A stretch of DNA of 64,000 nt from Candidatus Fimenecus sp. (GCA_045613685.1 JAZLBL010000048.1:31760-95759); one strand, 5' to 3'; numbered from the stretch's first letter, positions 1-9,880 are shown. The notes: generated by a model from the letters alone, not told the origin. Numbers and translations are program-made.

Positions 1-1167
1 GATACTCTTGCTTGACCATGTGTTTTCAGCAGGAATCTGCTGTTGAACAATAGGGTATGAATAAGCTTGTTTTAAAAGAGCTTTAACACCGATACTCATG
101 ATTTCGTCTGAACTGAGATTTGTTTTTACTAATGGGATAATTGTTTCAGCCAAGCCAATCATTGTCATAATATCCTGTTGCAAAGTCTTTTCAACAATAG
201 CAGAAATAACTTTTCTCTGTCTTTGTGTGCGCATAAAGTCAGAGTCAAGATAACGTATTCTTGAATACCACAATGCTTGTTCACCATTGAGAAGAACATC
301 TTCACCTGCTTCAATTCTGACAGGCACACCAACTTTGCCGGAATGATATGTATAGTAACTTTCTTTTTCAGTTACATCAACCTTGATTCCACCTAATTCA
401 TCAACAATAGTTGTAAAAATTTCAAAATCCACAACTGCATAATATGGGATACTCACTTTGAAATTCATTTCGAGAGTGTCAATGAGAGTCTGAATTCCAC
501 CACGCAAATATGCTGCGTTAAGTTTTTCTTTCTTTTTGCGACCTGCAATTTCAACATAAGAATCTCGAAGGAATGATGTGAGTTTGATTTCGCCATTTTT
601 GTTATCTAATGTAACAAGCATCATTGTGTCTGAACGAGAGTCAGTTTCACCTTCACGAGCATCAACACCAACCAAAAGAATATTAACTTGCTCGTCATCA
701 CTATAAAGAAGTGATTCGGATATATATTTATTATCAAGGATTTGTTCTGTGCTGTCAAAAGATGAGAGAAGTTTGTTCACAGTGTTATAACCATAAAAAC
801 CAACACAAGAAACTAAAACTATGATAATGCACAAGAAAACAAGAAAAGTGTTTCTTATAGGGTGGCTCTTTTTCTTCTTTTTCTTTTCTTCAGGAGCCAT
901 ACCACTAAAAACATCACTAATGTCGTCATATTGGATTTCCTGACGACGACGATTCTGCACTGCACTATTATATTTTACTGTGAAATTATCACTGACATAG
1001 TCTTCTTCATATTCTTCTTGTTCAGATGAAAAGGAAGAAATATCTTCATATTCGTTTCCTGCGTCAAAAGAACTATAAATATCTTCATATTCATCTGCGT
1101 TGCTTGAATTGCTGAAAACATCTTCAAATTCATCATTTTTAAAACGATTATCAGCCAAAATTTGCAC
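1..1167 (-). CDS. LytR-CpsA-Psr (LCP) family protein; C-terminus cut by the window edge
   Basis: Open frame running off the left edge, absent from the ORF track. Own translation gives an acidic N-terminus, a KKKKKK stretch and a TM helix (FLVFLCIIIVLVSCVGF). The LCP signature follows: NILLVGVDAREGETDSRSDTMMLVTLD...LTSFLRDSYV. Start is GTG at 1167 or TTG at 1158, after AAGGAAG. Confidence 0.8.
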   Translation of the reverse strand, partial: MQILADNRFKNDEFEDVFSNSSNADEYEDIYSSFDAGNEYEDISSFSSEQEEYEEDYVSDNFTVKYNSAVQNRRRQEIQYDDISDVFSGMAPEEKKKKKKSHPIRNTFLVFLCIIIVLVSCVGFYGYNTVNKLLSSFDSTEQILDNKYISESLLYSDDEQVNILLVGVDAREGETDSRSDTMMLVTLDNKNGEIKLTSFLRDSYVEIAGRKKKEKLNAAYLRGGIQTLIDTLEMNFKVSIPYYAVVDFEIFTTIVDELGGIKVDVTEKESYYTYHSGKVGVPVRIEAGEDVLLNGEQALWYSRIRYLDSDFMRTQRQRKVISAIVEKTLQQDIMTMIGLAETIIPLVKTNLSSDEIMSIGVKALLKQAYSYPIVQQQIPAENTWSSKSI

Positions 1168-1284
1168 TTCCTTAATTCCATTATATTATCTTCTTTATTT
1201 TACAACAAACAATAAAAAATCACAATATATTTTATTAAAATAATAAATAACAAAAATTGAAAATTATATTTTTTAACATTTGTC

Positions 1285-1313
1285 TTGAAAAATATATGAG
1301 TTTTATGTATAAT
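1285..1313 (+). promoter_or_regulatory. Candidate sigma-A promoter for the Nudix gene
   Basis: TTGAAA (1285-1290), 17-nt spacer, TATAAT (1308-1313). It lies inside the listed 283-aa ORF, which argues for the downstream ATG at 1374. Confidence 0.4.
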
Positions 1314-1373
1314 CGTAGTCAGTTACAGTCGGTTGGCTCAAAAATGCCAACAATTTTTCGGGAGAAGATACAT

Positions 1374-2108
1374 ATGTTAGGTAAATATGTAAGGGTGAGA
1401 GTGACTCATCCTATGAACTCCTTTGACAGTGAAAGAAATATAACCTTTAAATTGAATTATGGTACTGTTGAGAGTGGTCTTGACCCACACTCTCCTGTCA
1501 AAGGTGCGTTTGTTATGGGCATCAATCACAAGGTTCGAATTTTTGAAGGCCGAGTGATTGCAACAATTAAAAATGACAAAGGAATTGTGCTTGTTGTAGC
1601 ACCAAAAAGTAAAAGATATATCATTCACGAGATTGAAGATGCTATTGAATTTGCTTATGGCACACAAAGACGCGAAATATCTTGTCTTTATGAGTGCTCT
1701 TGTGGTGCAATAGTTTATAGAATTATTAACGGTCAGGTTCGTTTCTTGCTTATCAAAAATAAGCGTAGCGCTAACTGGGGTTTCCCTAAAGGGCATATGG
1801 AACGTGGCGAAAACGAGCACGAAACAGCTTATCGTGAAGTGTTGGAAGAAGCGGGAATAAGAATTCGTTTTATGCCTGATTTCAGATACAAGTCAGAGTA
1901 TTCAATTCAAGGCAGAATTGAGAAAAAAGTTATCATATTCTTAGCGACAACTGATGATACAAACACAATTATTCAGCGTGAAGAAATTGAAGAATATTTG
2001 TGGTTGGGCTTCCAGAAGGCAATGAATTCACTTAAATTCCCTAATGATAAATTCCTTTTGAGAAAAGCAAACGAATATCTCGAAAAGATGGAGGTTGCAA
2101 ATGGTTGA
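1374..2108 (+). CDS. Nudix hydrolase with an extra ~115-aa N-terminal domain
   Basis: Nudix box GFPKGHMERGENEHETAYREVLEEAGI (GX5EX7REUXEEXGU). ATG at 1374 is preceded by GGGAGAAG. Confidence 0.85.
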   Translation: MLGKYVRVRVTHPMNSFDSERNITFKLNYGTVESGLDPHSPVKGAFVMGINHKVRIFEGRVIATIKNDKGIVLVVAPKSKRYIIHEIEDAIEFAYGTQRREISCLYECSCGAIVYRIINGQVRFLLIKNKRSANWGFPKGHMERGENEHETAYREVLEEAGIRIRFMPDFRYKSEYSIQGRIEKKVIIFLATTDDTNTIIQREEIEEYLWLGFQKAMNSLKFPNDKFLLRKANEYLEKMEVANG

Positions 2109-2595
2109 ACAAATAGTTGAAGCAATTATGACCTTCTTGCAGGATAAAGTTCCTGAAGAATTAGTTGCATTTGTAATTTCACTTTGCCCTGTGCTTGAAT
2201 GCCGTGGTGGTATGATAGCTGCAAGACTTATGGAGATTCCATTTATCAAAGCATTTTTGATTTGCTATATCGGTAATATGCTTCCGATTCCATTTATCAT
2301 TCTTTTCATCAGAAAGATTTTTGATTTCTTAAGAAAGTTCAATTTTTTTGCAAAAATAGTTGAAAAACTTGAAGCAAAGGGTGAGAAGAATAAAGAAAAA
2401 ATACTTAAATACGAGTCTTGGGGTTTGCTTTTATTCGTTGCAATTCCATTGCCTGGCACAGGTGGTTGGACAGGTGCATTGATGGCAGCACTTTTAGACA
2501 TTCGTTTTAAAAGAGCATTACCGATTATTGCATTAGGTGTTCTTATTGCAGGATTTATTATGTCAGGTCTTACATACGGACTTTTTCAGATGTAA
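2101..2595 (+). CDS. Small multidrug-export-like membrane protein (COG2426 / Sm_multidrug_ex type)
   Basis: Four predicted TM segments. Motifs CPVLECRGG and PLPGTGGWTGAL are typical of this family. GGAGG lies 6 nt upstream of ATG 2101, and the gene overlaps the Nudix stop. Confidence 0.6.
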   Translation: MVEQIVEAIMTFLQDKVPEELVAFVISLCPVLECRGGMIAARLMEIPFIKAFLICYIGNMLPIPFIILFIRKIFDFLRKFNFFAKIVEKLEAKGEKNKEKILKYESWGLLLFVAIPLPGTGGWTGALMAALLDIRFKRALPIIALGVLIAGFIMSGLTYGLFQM

Positions 2596-2597
2596 AA

Positions 2598-2632
2598 AAC
2601 AAGGACTAAGCAATTTGCTTAGTCCTTTTAAT
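2598..2632. terminator. Bidirectional intrinsic terminator between convergent genes
   Basis: Hairpin AAGGACTAAGCA-ATT-TGCTTAGTCCTT, flanked by an A-run on one side and a T-run on the other. Confidence 0.6.
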
Positions 2633-2635
2633 ATT

Positions 2636-3772
2636 TTATTTAACCAGTTCTCCGTTTTTGATATAAACACGGGGAACTCTTTTGTTGAGAAGACAACAGA
2701 ATTCATAATTGAAACGATATTCTGAATCTGACAAATCTTCAACTGTAATCACTTCATTGCCGTCAACACCCATAAGTGTTACTTCGTTGCCAACTTTAAT
2801 GTTTGGTACATTTGAAGCATCAATCATAAATTGGTCCATACAGATTTTGCCGATAATTTTACAACGAACACCATTTACAATCACTTCACCTTTGTTTGAA
2901 AGGTAGCGGGGGTAACCATCAGCATATCCAACTGGGACAGTTGCCACAGTCATATCTTTGTCTGCAACGAATGTTGAGCCATAACTTACAGTGAAACCTG
3001 CATTAACATCTTTTACAAATGAAATGCTACTCTTTAATTCCATTGCGGGATAAAGCACGAATTCACGGCTCATTTCTTCTGACGGATAAAGACCATACAT
3101 CATAATTCCACAACGTACACTATCGCCAACAAAACCATCTAATTCCATAACAGCAGCACTGTTATACATATGTCTTTTGAATTTATATCCATCTGCTATG
3201 AGTTTATCTGTAAGTTCAAGATATTTCTCTCTCTGCTTTTCTGCAGATGTTTTGTCAGGGTTATCGGCACAAGCAAAATGAGTGAAAATTCCTGCAACAG
3301 AAAGTCCGTCGAGAGCAAAAATTTTCTTTATGTCTTCGTAACTTTGCTCGTTTGGTTGAAAACCGATTCTACCCATACCTGTGTCAATTTTAATGTGCAC
3401 TGTTGCTGTTTTGCCCATTTGTTTTGCAGTTTCAGCAAAAAACTTTGCAGTTTTATAATCGGAAACAGTGCAATCAATATTATTATTTACTGCAACGTGA
3501 AATTCTTCTCTGAAAGTTTCGCCGAGAATTAGAATTGGTGCATTTACACCATCATTCCTAAGGTCGAGCGCTTCTTGCATTGTGGCAACACCAAAACGAT
3601 TTATGCCCAATTCGCAAAGAAAATCAGTAACCATTGTTGCACCATGACCATAAGCGTCTGCTTTAACAATACCTGTAATATCAGTACTCTCTGGTAAATG
3701 CTCTTTGATAGCATCAATATTCTTTTTTATGTTGTCGAGATTTACTTTTGCATAAACTCTTTTAAGTAACAT
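2636..3772 (-). CDS. alr: Alanine racemase
   Basis: PLP-lysine motif VKADAYGHGA near the N-terminus, with length and overall pattern typical of Alr. Confidence 0.95.
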   Translation of the reverse strand: MLLKRVYAKVNLDNIKKNIDAIKEHLPESTDITGIVKADAYGHGATMVTDFLCELGINRFGVATMQEALDLRNDGVNAPILILGETFREEFHVAVNNNIDCTVSDYKTAKFFAETAKQMGKTATVHIKIDTGMGRIGFQPNEQSYEDIKKIFALDGLSVAGIFTHFACADNPDKTSAEKQREKYLELTDKLIADGYKFKRHMYNSAAVMELDGFVGDSVRCGIMMYGLYPSEEMSREFVLYPAMELKSSISFVKDVNAGFTVSYGSTFVADKDMTVATVPVGYADGYPRYLSNKGEVIVNGVRCKIIGKICMDQFMIDASNVPNIKVGNEVTLMGVDGNEVITVEDLSDSEYRFNYEFCCLLNKRVPRVYIKNGELVK

Positions 3773-3794
3773 TAAAAAACCTTCTTATAAATAT

Positions 3795-5240
3795 TTATAC
3801 GCTTTTACGCCATGTTGCAGGCATAAAGAGAATAATCATTGGGAATATTTCAAGACGACCGATAAGCATATCGGCACAGAGAATGATTTTTGAGAAATCA
3901 GAAAATGCACTGAAATTTTCAATAGGACCTACTCTTGAAAGGCCAGGACCTAAGTTGCTGATACAAGTAACAACAGCTGTAAGTGTTGTTGAAAAATCAA
4001 AATGATTGAAAGATAAAAGTAATACTGAAACGCCAATTACAAAGATGTAAATGAGAAAATATGTTGTGTTTGTGCTAACAACATTTTTATCAATAATAGC
4101 GCCGTCAAGTTTGATTGCCTTTACTCGGTTTGGATTGATAGCTCTTCGAAGTTCTCTGAAAACAGATTTTGCAAGAATGAGCATTCTTCCGACTTTCAAG
4201 CCACCACCAGTTGAACCTGAACAAGCACCAAGGAACATCAAGACAATGATTATCATCTGTGAAAGTACAGGCCACTTGTTAAAGTCAGCTGTTACAAAGC
4301 CCGTTGTTGTAATAACAGAAACAACTTGGAAAATTGATTGACGAAGAGCTGTGCCAAATGACTCAACGATTGGATAAATATCAACAGTGATAATTGCGAA
4401 ACACACAAAGATAATAATGAGATATGTCCACAATTCTTCACTCTTGAAAGCACGTTTAAATTGTCTTATAAGGATAAGATAAAAAAGGTTGAAGTTGATA
4501 CCGAAAAGTGCCATAAACACAGTGATTACCATTTCAATACCCAGGTTATTATATGCGGCAATACTTGTGTTTTTAACACCAAATCCACCTGTGCCCGCTG
4601 TTGAGAAAGCGGTTGTCACACTATCAAAAAGTGGCATATCACAACAGAGAAGTGCAATTATCTGTGCAATAGTGAAAACTGTATAGATAATGTAAAGAAT
4701 TCTTGCTGTTACAGCTGTTTTAGAAACAATTTTACCCACAGTTGGTCCAGGTACTTCTGCACGAAGAATATGCATTGACTGCATATCTCTTTGTGGCAAG
4801 AAAGCAAGAACAAAAACGATGATTCCCATACCACCAATCCAGTGAGTAAATGAGCGCCAGAACAAAAGTGATTTTGGCAATGCTTCAATATCGGTGAGTA
4901 TTGTTGCACCTGTTGTGCTGAAACCTGAAACTGTTTCGAAAAAAGCATCCACAGGCGAGAGAATTGAACCTGACAAAAGATATGGTAAAGCGCCAAAAAT
5001 TGACATTAACACCCATGAAAGAGAAACAATAACTAAACCTTCTCGGGCGTAAACATGCTTGTCCTTTAATTTTGGAACAGTCATAAACAGACTGGTTAAA
5101 ACTAACAAGCCTATTGTAATGAAAAAAGCATATTCAACTTTTTCTTTGTAATAGAGTGAAACCGTCATTGGCAAAAGCATAAGCAGTGCTTCTACTTGTA
5201 AAAGTCTGCCAACGGTTTTGAATACCATTCTGAAATTCAT
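3795..5240 (-). CDS. trkH: TrkH/KtrB-family potassium uptake membrane subunit
   Basis: 481 aa and polytopic, with repeated selectivity-filter-like segments (STTGAT, TAGTGGFG, TTTGF, GSTGGGLK). Located directly downstream of trkA. Confidence 0.9.
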   Translation of the reverse strand: MNFRMVFKTVGRLLQVEALLMLLPMTVSLYYKEKVEYAFFITIGLLVLTSLFMTVPKLKDKHVYAREGLVIVSLSWVLMSIFGALPYLLSGSILSPVDAFFETVSGFSTTGATILTDIEALPKSLLFWRSFTHWIGGMGIIVFVLAFLPQRDMQSMHILRAEVPGPTVGKIVSKTAVTARILYIIYTVFTIAQIIALLCCDMPLFDSVTTAFSTAGTGGFGVKNTSIAAYNNLGIEMVITVFMALFGINFNLFYLILIRQFKRAFKSEELWTYLIIIFVCFAIITVDIYPIVESFGTALRQSIFQVVSVITTTGFVTADFNKWPVLSQMIIIVLMFLGACSGSTGGGLKVGRMLILAKSVFRELRRAINPNRVKAIKLDGAIIDKNVVSTNTTYFLIYIFVIGVSVLLLSFNHFDFSTTLTAVVTCISNLGPGLSRVGPIENFSAFSDFSKIILCADMLIGRLEIFPMIILFMPATWRKSV

Positions 5241-5249
5241 AAAAAATCC

Positions 5250-6605
5250 TTATTCAAAAATTTCGTTAATACTTCTTAATTTTTGGCTCTTTGAAACAAC
5301 AATAACACTGTCACCAAGTTCGATTGCATCATTACCGCTTGGGAACATAACCTGATGATTACGGATGATGGCCGCAATAAGAGTGTCTTTGTTGATTTCA
5401 AGGTCTTTAAGTGGAACATCAATGCCCTTAAAGTCTTTATTGATTATAAATTCAAGTGCTTCGACCTGACCACCAACTAATTTATAAAGAGTCTGCACAC
5501 TTGATTCGCCTGAATTTTCAAGGGCGCGAACATAACCAAGTATTCTGTTAGCAGCAATGGCTTTTGATGAGAAAGCACTATCAACGCCAATGCTTTCGAG
5601 CACATCATAAGCAACACGATTTACCTTTGCAACAGTTTTACGAATGCCAAGAGCAGAAGCGTACATAGCAGCAATAATGTTTTCTTCGTCAATTCTGGTA
5701 AGGGCAACAAAAGCGTCCTGATGTTTAAGACCTTGTTCCATAAGGGTTGCTTTATCAGTACCATCACCAATGATAATATCAACATTTGGAAGATTTTCGC
5801 AAAGGTGTTCGCAACGGTCAGAGTCTATTTCGATAATTTTAACATTATAGCCACCGGTTTCTGACAACTGACGAGCAAGATAATAACCCATCTTGCCACC
5901 ACCGATAATCATAATGTTCTTTGTGCTGTGCTTATAAATGCCGAGACTTTTCATAAACTTCACAAGCACACCACGTGGCGCAGTAATGTGGATTTTATCA
6001 CCTTTTTGAAGCACAAAATCACCACGAGGGATTATCACTTCATTTTTGCGTTGAACGGCACAAATCAAAACTCTGTATTTGAATGTGTTGAAGATATCCA
6101 TAAGTTTCATATCGCAAAGTGGATTGCCTTCTTCAAGTTTTAATTCTGCAAGGTCAACTTTTCCACGATAGAAAGATTCAATATTGATAGCATTAGGGAA
6201 TCTTAACACTTTTGCAATTTCGTTTGCAGCATCAAGCTCGGGGTTGATAACCATACTGAGACCCAATTCGTCTTTGAAGAATGGTAATTGTTTTAAATAT
6301 TCAGGGTTGCGCACGCGAGCAATAGTGTGCTCTGCACCAATTTTCTTTGCAACAAGACAAGAGAGAATATTAAGTTCGTCAGATGAAGTTGCTGCAACAA
6401 AAACGTCTGCATCCCCGACACCTGCTTCAACCTGAATATCATAGCTTGCACCATTGCCACAGATACCCATAACATCAAAGTTGTTTACCATTTGCTCAAC
6501 GACTTTTTGGTCACGGTCAATAACAACCACATTGTGATTTTCAAGTGAAAGATATTCAACAAGTGTTGCACCGACTTTACCGTCACCAACGATTACTATG
6601 TTCAT
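5250..6605 (-). CDS. trkA: Trk system NAD-binding subunit TrkA
   Basis: Two Rossmann/RCK repeats (MNIVIVGDGKVGATL and IMIIGGGKMGYYLA), 451 aa. Confidence 0.9.
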   Translation of the reverse strand: MNIVIVGDGKVGATLVEYLSLENHNVVVIDRDQKVVEQMVNNFDVMGICGNGASYDIQVEAGVGDADVFVAATSSDELNILSCLVAKKIGAEHTIARVRNPEYLKQLPFFKDELGLSMVINPELDAANEIAKVLRFPNAINIESFYRGKVDLAELKLEEGNPLCDMKLMDIFNTFKYRVLICAVQRKNEVIIPRGDFVLQKGDKIHITAPRGVLVKFMKSLGIYKHSTKNIMIIGGGKMGYYLARQLSETGGYNVKIIEIDSDRCEHLCENLPNVDIIIGDGTDKATLMEQGLKHQDAFVALTRIDEENIIAAMYASALGIRKTVAKVNRVAYDVLESIGVDSAFSSKAIAANRILGYVRALENSGESSVQTLYKLVGGQVEALEFIINKDFKGIDVPLKDLEINKDTLIAAIIRNHQVMFPSGNDAIELGDSVIVVSKSQKLRSINEIFE

Positions 6606-6744
6606 AATTTTAGTCTCCGTTAAATGATTATAATTTCACTAAATAACATATTACCATAATATTATTGATTTTACAATATTTTTTAATAATTGACCTATTA
6701 AGAAATATGTGTTAAATTTAAATAAAAGAAAAGGGGATGCAACT

Positions 6745-7671
6745 ATGAATAAAAAAGTGAAATTTTCTTTAATTGGATTGGGTAGTATTGCAGTTGCAGC
6801 AGCAGTCGCAGTCGGTGGATTTTTATCAGTTTATCCAATGACACCTGATGTAGAAATTAAGTCAACACAGAACAGAGTTGAAAATAATAGTGAACTTTTA
6901 ATTGCAAGTTATAATACCGCAGCTCCTTGGGGCAATCTCATAAAAGGAACATATACAACTCGTCGTGCTCATCTTTTTGCACAACAGATAAATGATTTGA
7001 TACCAGATTCATTGGGTGTGCAAGAAATCAATTCATTCTGGGTTGAGCATTTCAAAGAGCTTTTGCCACAATATGCTTATTATGGAATAAAACGTGGTGG
7101 TGACGGCGAAGAAAAAACATCTGAAATGAGCGGTATTTTCTATCTTAAAGATAAATACAATCTTTTAGATAGTGGTACATTTTGGATTTCAAACACACCT
7201 GATACAGAGTCAAAATTCGATGGTGCTGCTTGTTATAGAATTTGTTCTTATGCCGTGCTTGAAAACAAGGCAACTGGCTTTAAATATATTCATATGAATA
7301 CCCACCTTGACCATGTAAGCACAGAAGCACAAAATCTTGGGGGCAATCTTATCCTTAACAAAGCTAATGAATTAAAACAGAAATATCCTGAAATTAAAAT
7401 TATAATAACGGGTGACTTTAACCAAAGTATTGATGGCGAAGCAGTTAAAATTCTCAATGCAAACGGATTTGTAAGCGCTAATACCGTTGTTGAGAATGGT
7501 GATAAAATCGCAACCTATCATGGTTGGACAGGTGGAAAGGAAGATGCACCAATAGACTTCATTTTTGCTGATGACACAATGAAAATCAAGTCATATAATG
7601 TGCAAAATGAAAAAGTTGGAAATTCATTCGCATCAGACCATTATATGATAACAGCAGATATAGAGTTTTAA
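6745..7671 (+). CDS. Endonuclease/exonuclease/phosphatase (EEP) family protein, membrane-anchored or secreted
   Basis: N-terminal hydrophobic anchor (IGLGSIAVAAAVAVGGF), QEIN motif, and C-terminal SDHYMITADIEF (SDH motif). AAGGGGA lies upstream of ATG 6745. Confidence 0.8.
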   Translation: MNKKVKFSLIGLGSIAVAAAVAVGGFLSVYPMTPDVEIKSTQNRVENNSELLIASYNTAAPWGNLIKGTYTTRRAHLFAQQINDLIPDSLGVQEINSFWVEHFKELLPQYAYYGIKRGGDGEEKTSEMSGIFYLKDKYNLLDSGTFWISNTPDTESKFDGAACYRICSYAVLENKATGFKYIHMNTHLDHVSTEAQNLGGNLILNKANELKQKYPEIKIIITGDFNQSIDGEAVKILNANGFVSANTVVENGDKIATYHGWTGGKEDAPIDFIFADDTMKIKSYNVQNEKVGNSFASDHYMITADIEF

Positions 7672-7677
7672 GCATTG

Positions 7678-7878
7678 CATAAATTTGAATTTGTCTATCT
7701 CTTTTGTACAGTGATGTAACCTTGTAGGGGTCATTCACGAATGACCCGTTCCAATTGAGAGATGTAACCTTTTCGGGCGATTCGTGAATCGCCCCTACAA
7801 TAATTGCAACGCAGTTCCAAAATTATTCATTATTCATCATTCATTATTCATTAAAACAATTCGACAAACCCCAATTTG
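7678..7878. repeat. MITE-like intergenic element, copy A
   Basis: Termini are CAAATTTGAATTTGTC and GACAAACCCCAATTTG. Internal perfect hairpins are GGGTCATTCACGAATGACCC and GGGCGATTCGTGAATCGCCC, followed by a TTCAT-rich tail. Near-identical to 27868-28088. Confidence 0.85.
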
Positions 7879-7931
7879 CATGTTTGCTATAATTCAACAT
7901 AAACTATAAAAAAGATTAACGAGGTGTTTTT

Positions 7932-8090
7932 ATGGTTTATATTTGTAAGGTTTGCAGTTGGATGTATGACGAAGAAGCAGGATGTCCTGAAATGGATATA
8001 ACACCGGGTACAAAATTTGAAGAAATACCGGATGATTTTGAATGTCCTATTTGTCATATAAGCAAAGAAGAATTCGCACAAGAAGATTAG
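7932..8090 (+). CDS. Rubredoxin (52 aa)
   Basis: Own translation: MVYICKVCSWMYDEEAGCPEMDITPGTKFEEIPDDFECPICHISKEEFAQED. It has two CxxC pairs in the canonical rubredoxin context. GAGGTG lies upstream. The gene is too short for the ORF track. Confidence 0.9.
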   Translation: MVYICKVCSWMYDEEAGCPEMDITPGTKFEEIPDDFECPICHISKEEFAQED

Positions 8091-8115
8091 TAGGGTTTTA
8101 ACCCTACTTTTTTTA
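8090..8115 (+). terminator. Intrinsic terminator after rubredoxin
   Basis: GTAGGG-TTTTAA-CCCTAC followed by TTTTTTT. Confidence 0.7.
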
Positions 8116-8194
8116 TAAATATAATTGTATTTGCGCAATTTCTGTGATATACTTAATTTATATATATTCTAATAACAAATAGGGGTGTTATTTT

Positions 8195-9868
8195 ATGAAC
8201 AAAGCATGGTATAAAGAAATGGTAGTTTACCAGATTTGGCCACGTAGTTTTAAAGACTCAAACGGTGATGGCATCGGTGACCTTGAAGGTATTTATGAGA
8301 AACTTGACTATGTCAAGAGTATCGGAATTGATGCTATTTGGTTCTCACCACTTTTCAAATCACCAAACGCTGACTATGGTTATGATATTGCCGATTATAT
8401 GGACATTAACCCTGAATATGGTGATATGGAAACATTCAAAAAAGTTCTTGCAGGTTGCCACGAGCGTGGTATGAAAGTTTTTATGGACCTTGTTGTTAAC
8501 CATACATCAACTGAACATCATTGGTTCAAAGAAGCTTGCAAGAGTGTTGATAACCCATACCACGATTATTATATCTGGAGAAAAGGTAAGGGTAAAGATG
8601 GCAAAAGACCACCAAACAACTGGCTTTCAACTTTTGAAGGTGGCGCTTGGGAATATGTAGAATCAGTTGATGAATTCTATCTTCATGTGTTTACAAAAGG
8701 TCAGCCCGACCTTAATATGGATAATCCAAAGGTTAGAGAAGAAGTTAAGAATATTATGAAATTCTGGCTTGATATGGGTGTTGACGGATTCCGTGAAGAC
8801 GTTATTACATACATTTCAAAGAAAGAGGGACTTCCAAACGGATTCCCAATTCCTGTTGCTTGTGGTATGGAACATTATAACTGTGGCCCACATCTTTATG
8901 AGTATCTTAAAGAATTCCACGATGATGTTCTTTCAAAATATGATTGTTTCACAGTTGGTGAAGGTCCACTTATCACACCTGAAAAAGTTCTTCGTTTCGT
9001 TAAAGAAGACGAAACTCAGGTTCTTAAAACAATGTTCAGTTTTGACCATCTTGAAGCAGACTGCTTTATGACAGACTGGATTAAGACTCCATTTAGCCTT
9101 AAAGCAATGAAGAAATGCTATCAGAAATGGTATGATGCTATGAACGGTAAGGGTTGGCATACTCTCTATCTTGAAAACCACGACCATCCAAGAATAGTTG
9201 ACCGTTACGGCTCACTTAAATACAGAGTTGAAAGCGCAAAAATGCTTGCAACAATGTGCTATCTTCAAAAGGGTACTCCTTTCATTTATCAGGGTCAGGA
9301 AATTGGTATGACAAATATCGAACTCCATTCAATTGATGAATTCAAGGATATGATTACATTCAATAACCAAAAGATGTTTAATAAACTCGGCATCAAGGGT
9401 GATAAGTTTGTTAAGATGGCAAACAAGGGCTCTCGTGAAAACTCAAGAACTCCTGTTCAATGGGATGACTCAGCATTCGCAGGATTCTCAACAGTTGAGC
9501 CTTGGTTCAATCTCAACCCTAACTACACAGAAATCAACGTAGCACAAGCAGAGAAGGACGAAAACTCAATCCTTAACTATTATCGCAAACTTCTTAAATT
9601 CAGAAAAGAACACGAAGTTGCAATCTATGGTGATTTCAAACAGTATTATGAAAATAGTAACGAACTTTTTGTTTATGAGAGAACACTTGATGGTGAAAAA
9701 GTTCTTGTTGTTTGTTCATTCACAGAAAAGAGTGTTCACTTCAAAGCTCCTGAAGGAATTAACCTTGCAGATGGTGAACTTGTTCTCAATAACTACAAGA
9801 TTAATCCTGTTAATCGCAACGCTTTCGTAACTCGTCCTTACGAAACAAGAGTTTACTACTTTAAATAA
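8195..9868 (+). CDS. GH13 alpha-glucosidase / oligo-1,6-glucosidase-like enzyme
   Basis: N-terminus WYKEMVVYQIWPRSFKDSNGDGIGDL, plus DLVVNHTS, GVDGFREDV and ENHDHPR, the conserved GH13 regions. Confidence 0.9.
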   Translation: MNKAWYKEMVVYQIWPRSFKDSNGDGIGDLEGIYEKLDYVKSIGIDAIWFSPLFKSPNADYGYDIADYMDINPEYGDMETFKKVLAGCHERGMKVFMDLVVNHTSTEHHWFKEACKSVDNPYHDYYIWRKGKGKDGKRPPNNWLSTFEGGAWEYVESVDEFYLHVFTKGQPDLNMDNPKVREEVKNIMKFWLDMGVDGFREDVITYISKKEGLPNGFPIPVACGMEHYNCGPHLYEYLKEFHDDVLSKYDCFTVGEGPLITPEKVLRFVKEDETQVLKTMFSFDHLEADCFMTDWIKTPFSLKAMKKCYQKWYDAMNGKGWHTLYLENHDHPRIVDRYGSLKYRVESAKMLATMCYLQKGTPFIYQGQEIGMTNIELHSIDEFKDMITFNNQKMFNKLGIKGDKFVKMANKGSRENSRTPVQWDDSAFAGFSTVEPWFNLNPNYTEINVAQAEKDENSILNYYRKLLKFRKEHEVAIYGDFKQYYENSNELFVYERTLDGEKVLVVCSFTEKSVHFKAPEGINLADGELVLNNYKINPVNRNAFVTRPYETRVYYFK

Positions 9869-9880
9869 GAGGTACTTGCA

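Noticed and set aside
7820-7855. TTCAT-rich microsatellite-like tract (also at 28035-28065)
   Set aside because: It is an imperfect, short tract that forms part of the conserved tail of the repeat element and is not an independently variable tandem repeat.
7887-8138. 83-aa minus-strand ORF
   Set aside because: It is antisense to a textbook rubredoxin ORF with RBS and terminator, and its sequence is low-complexity.
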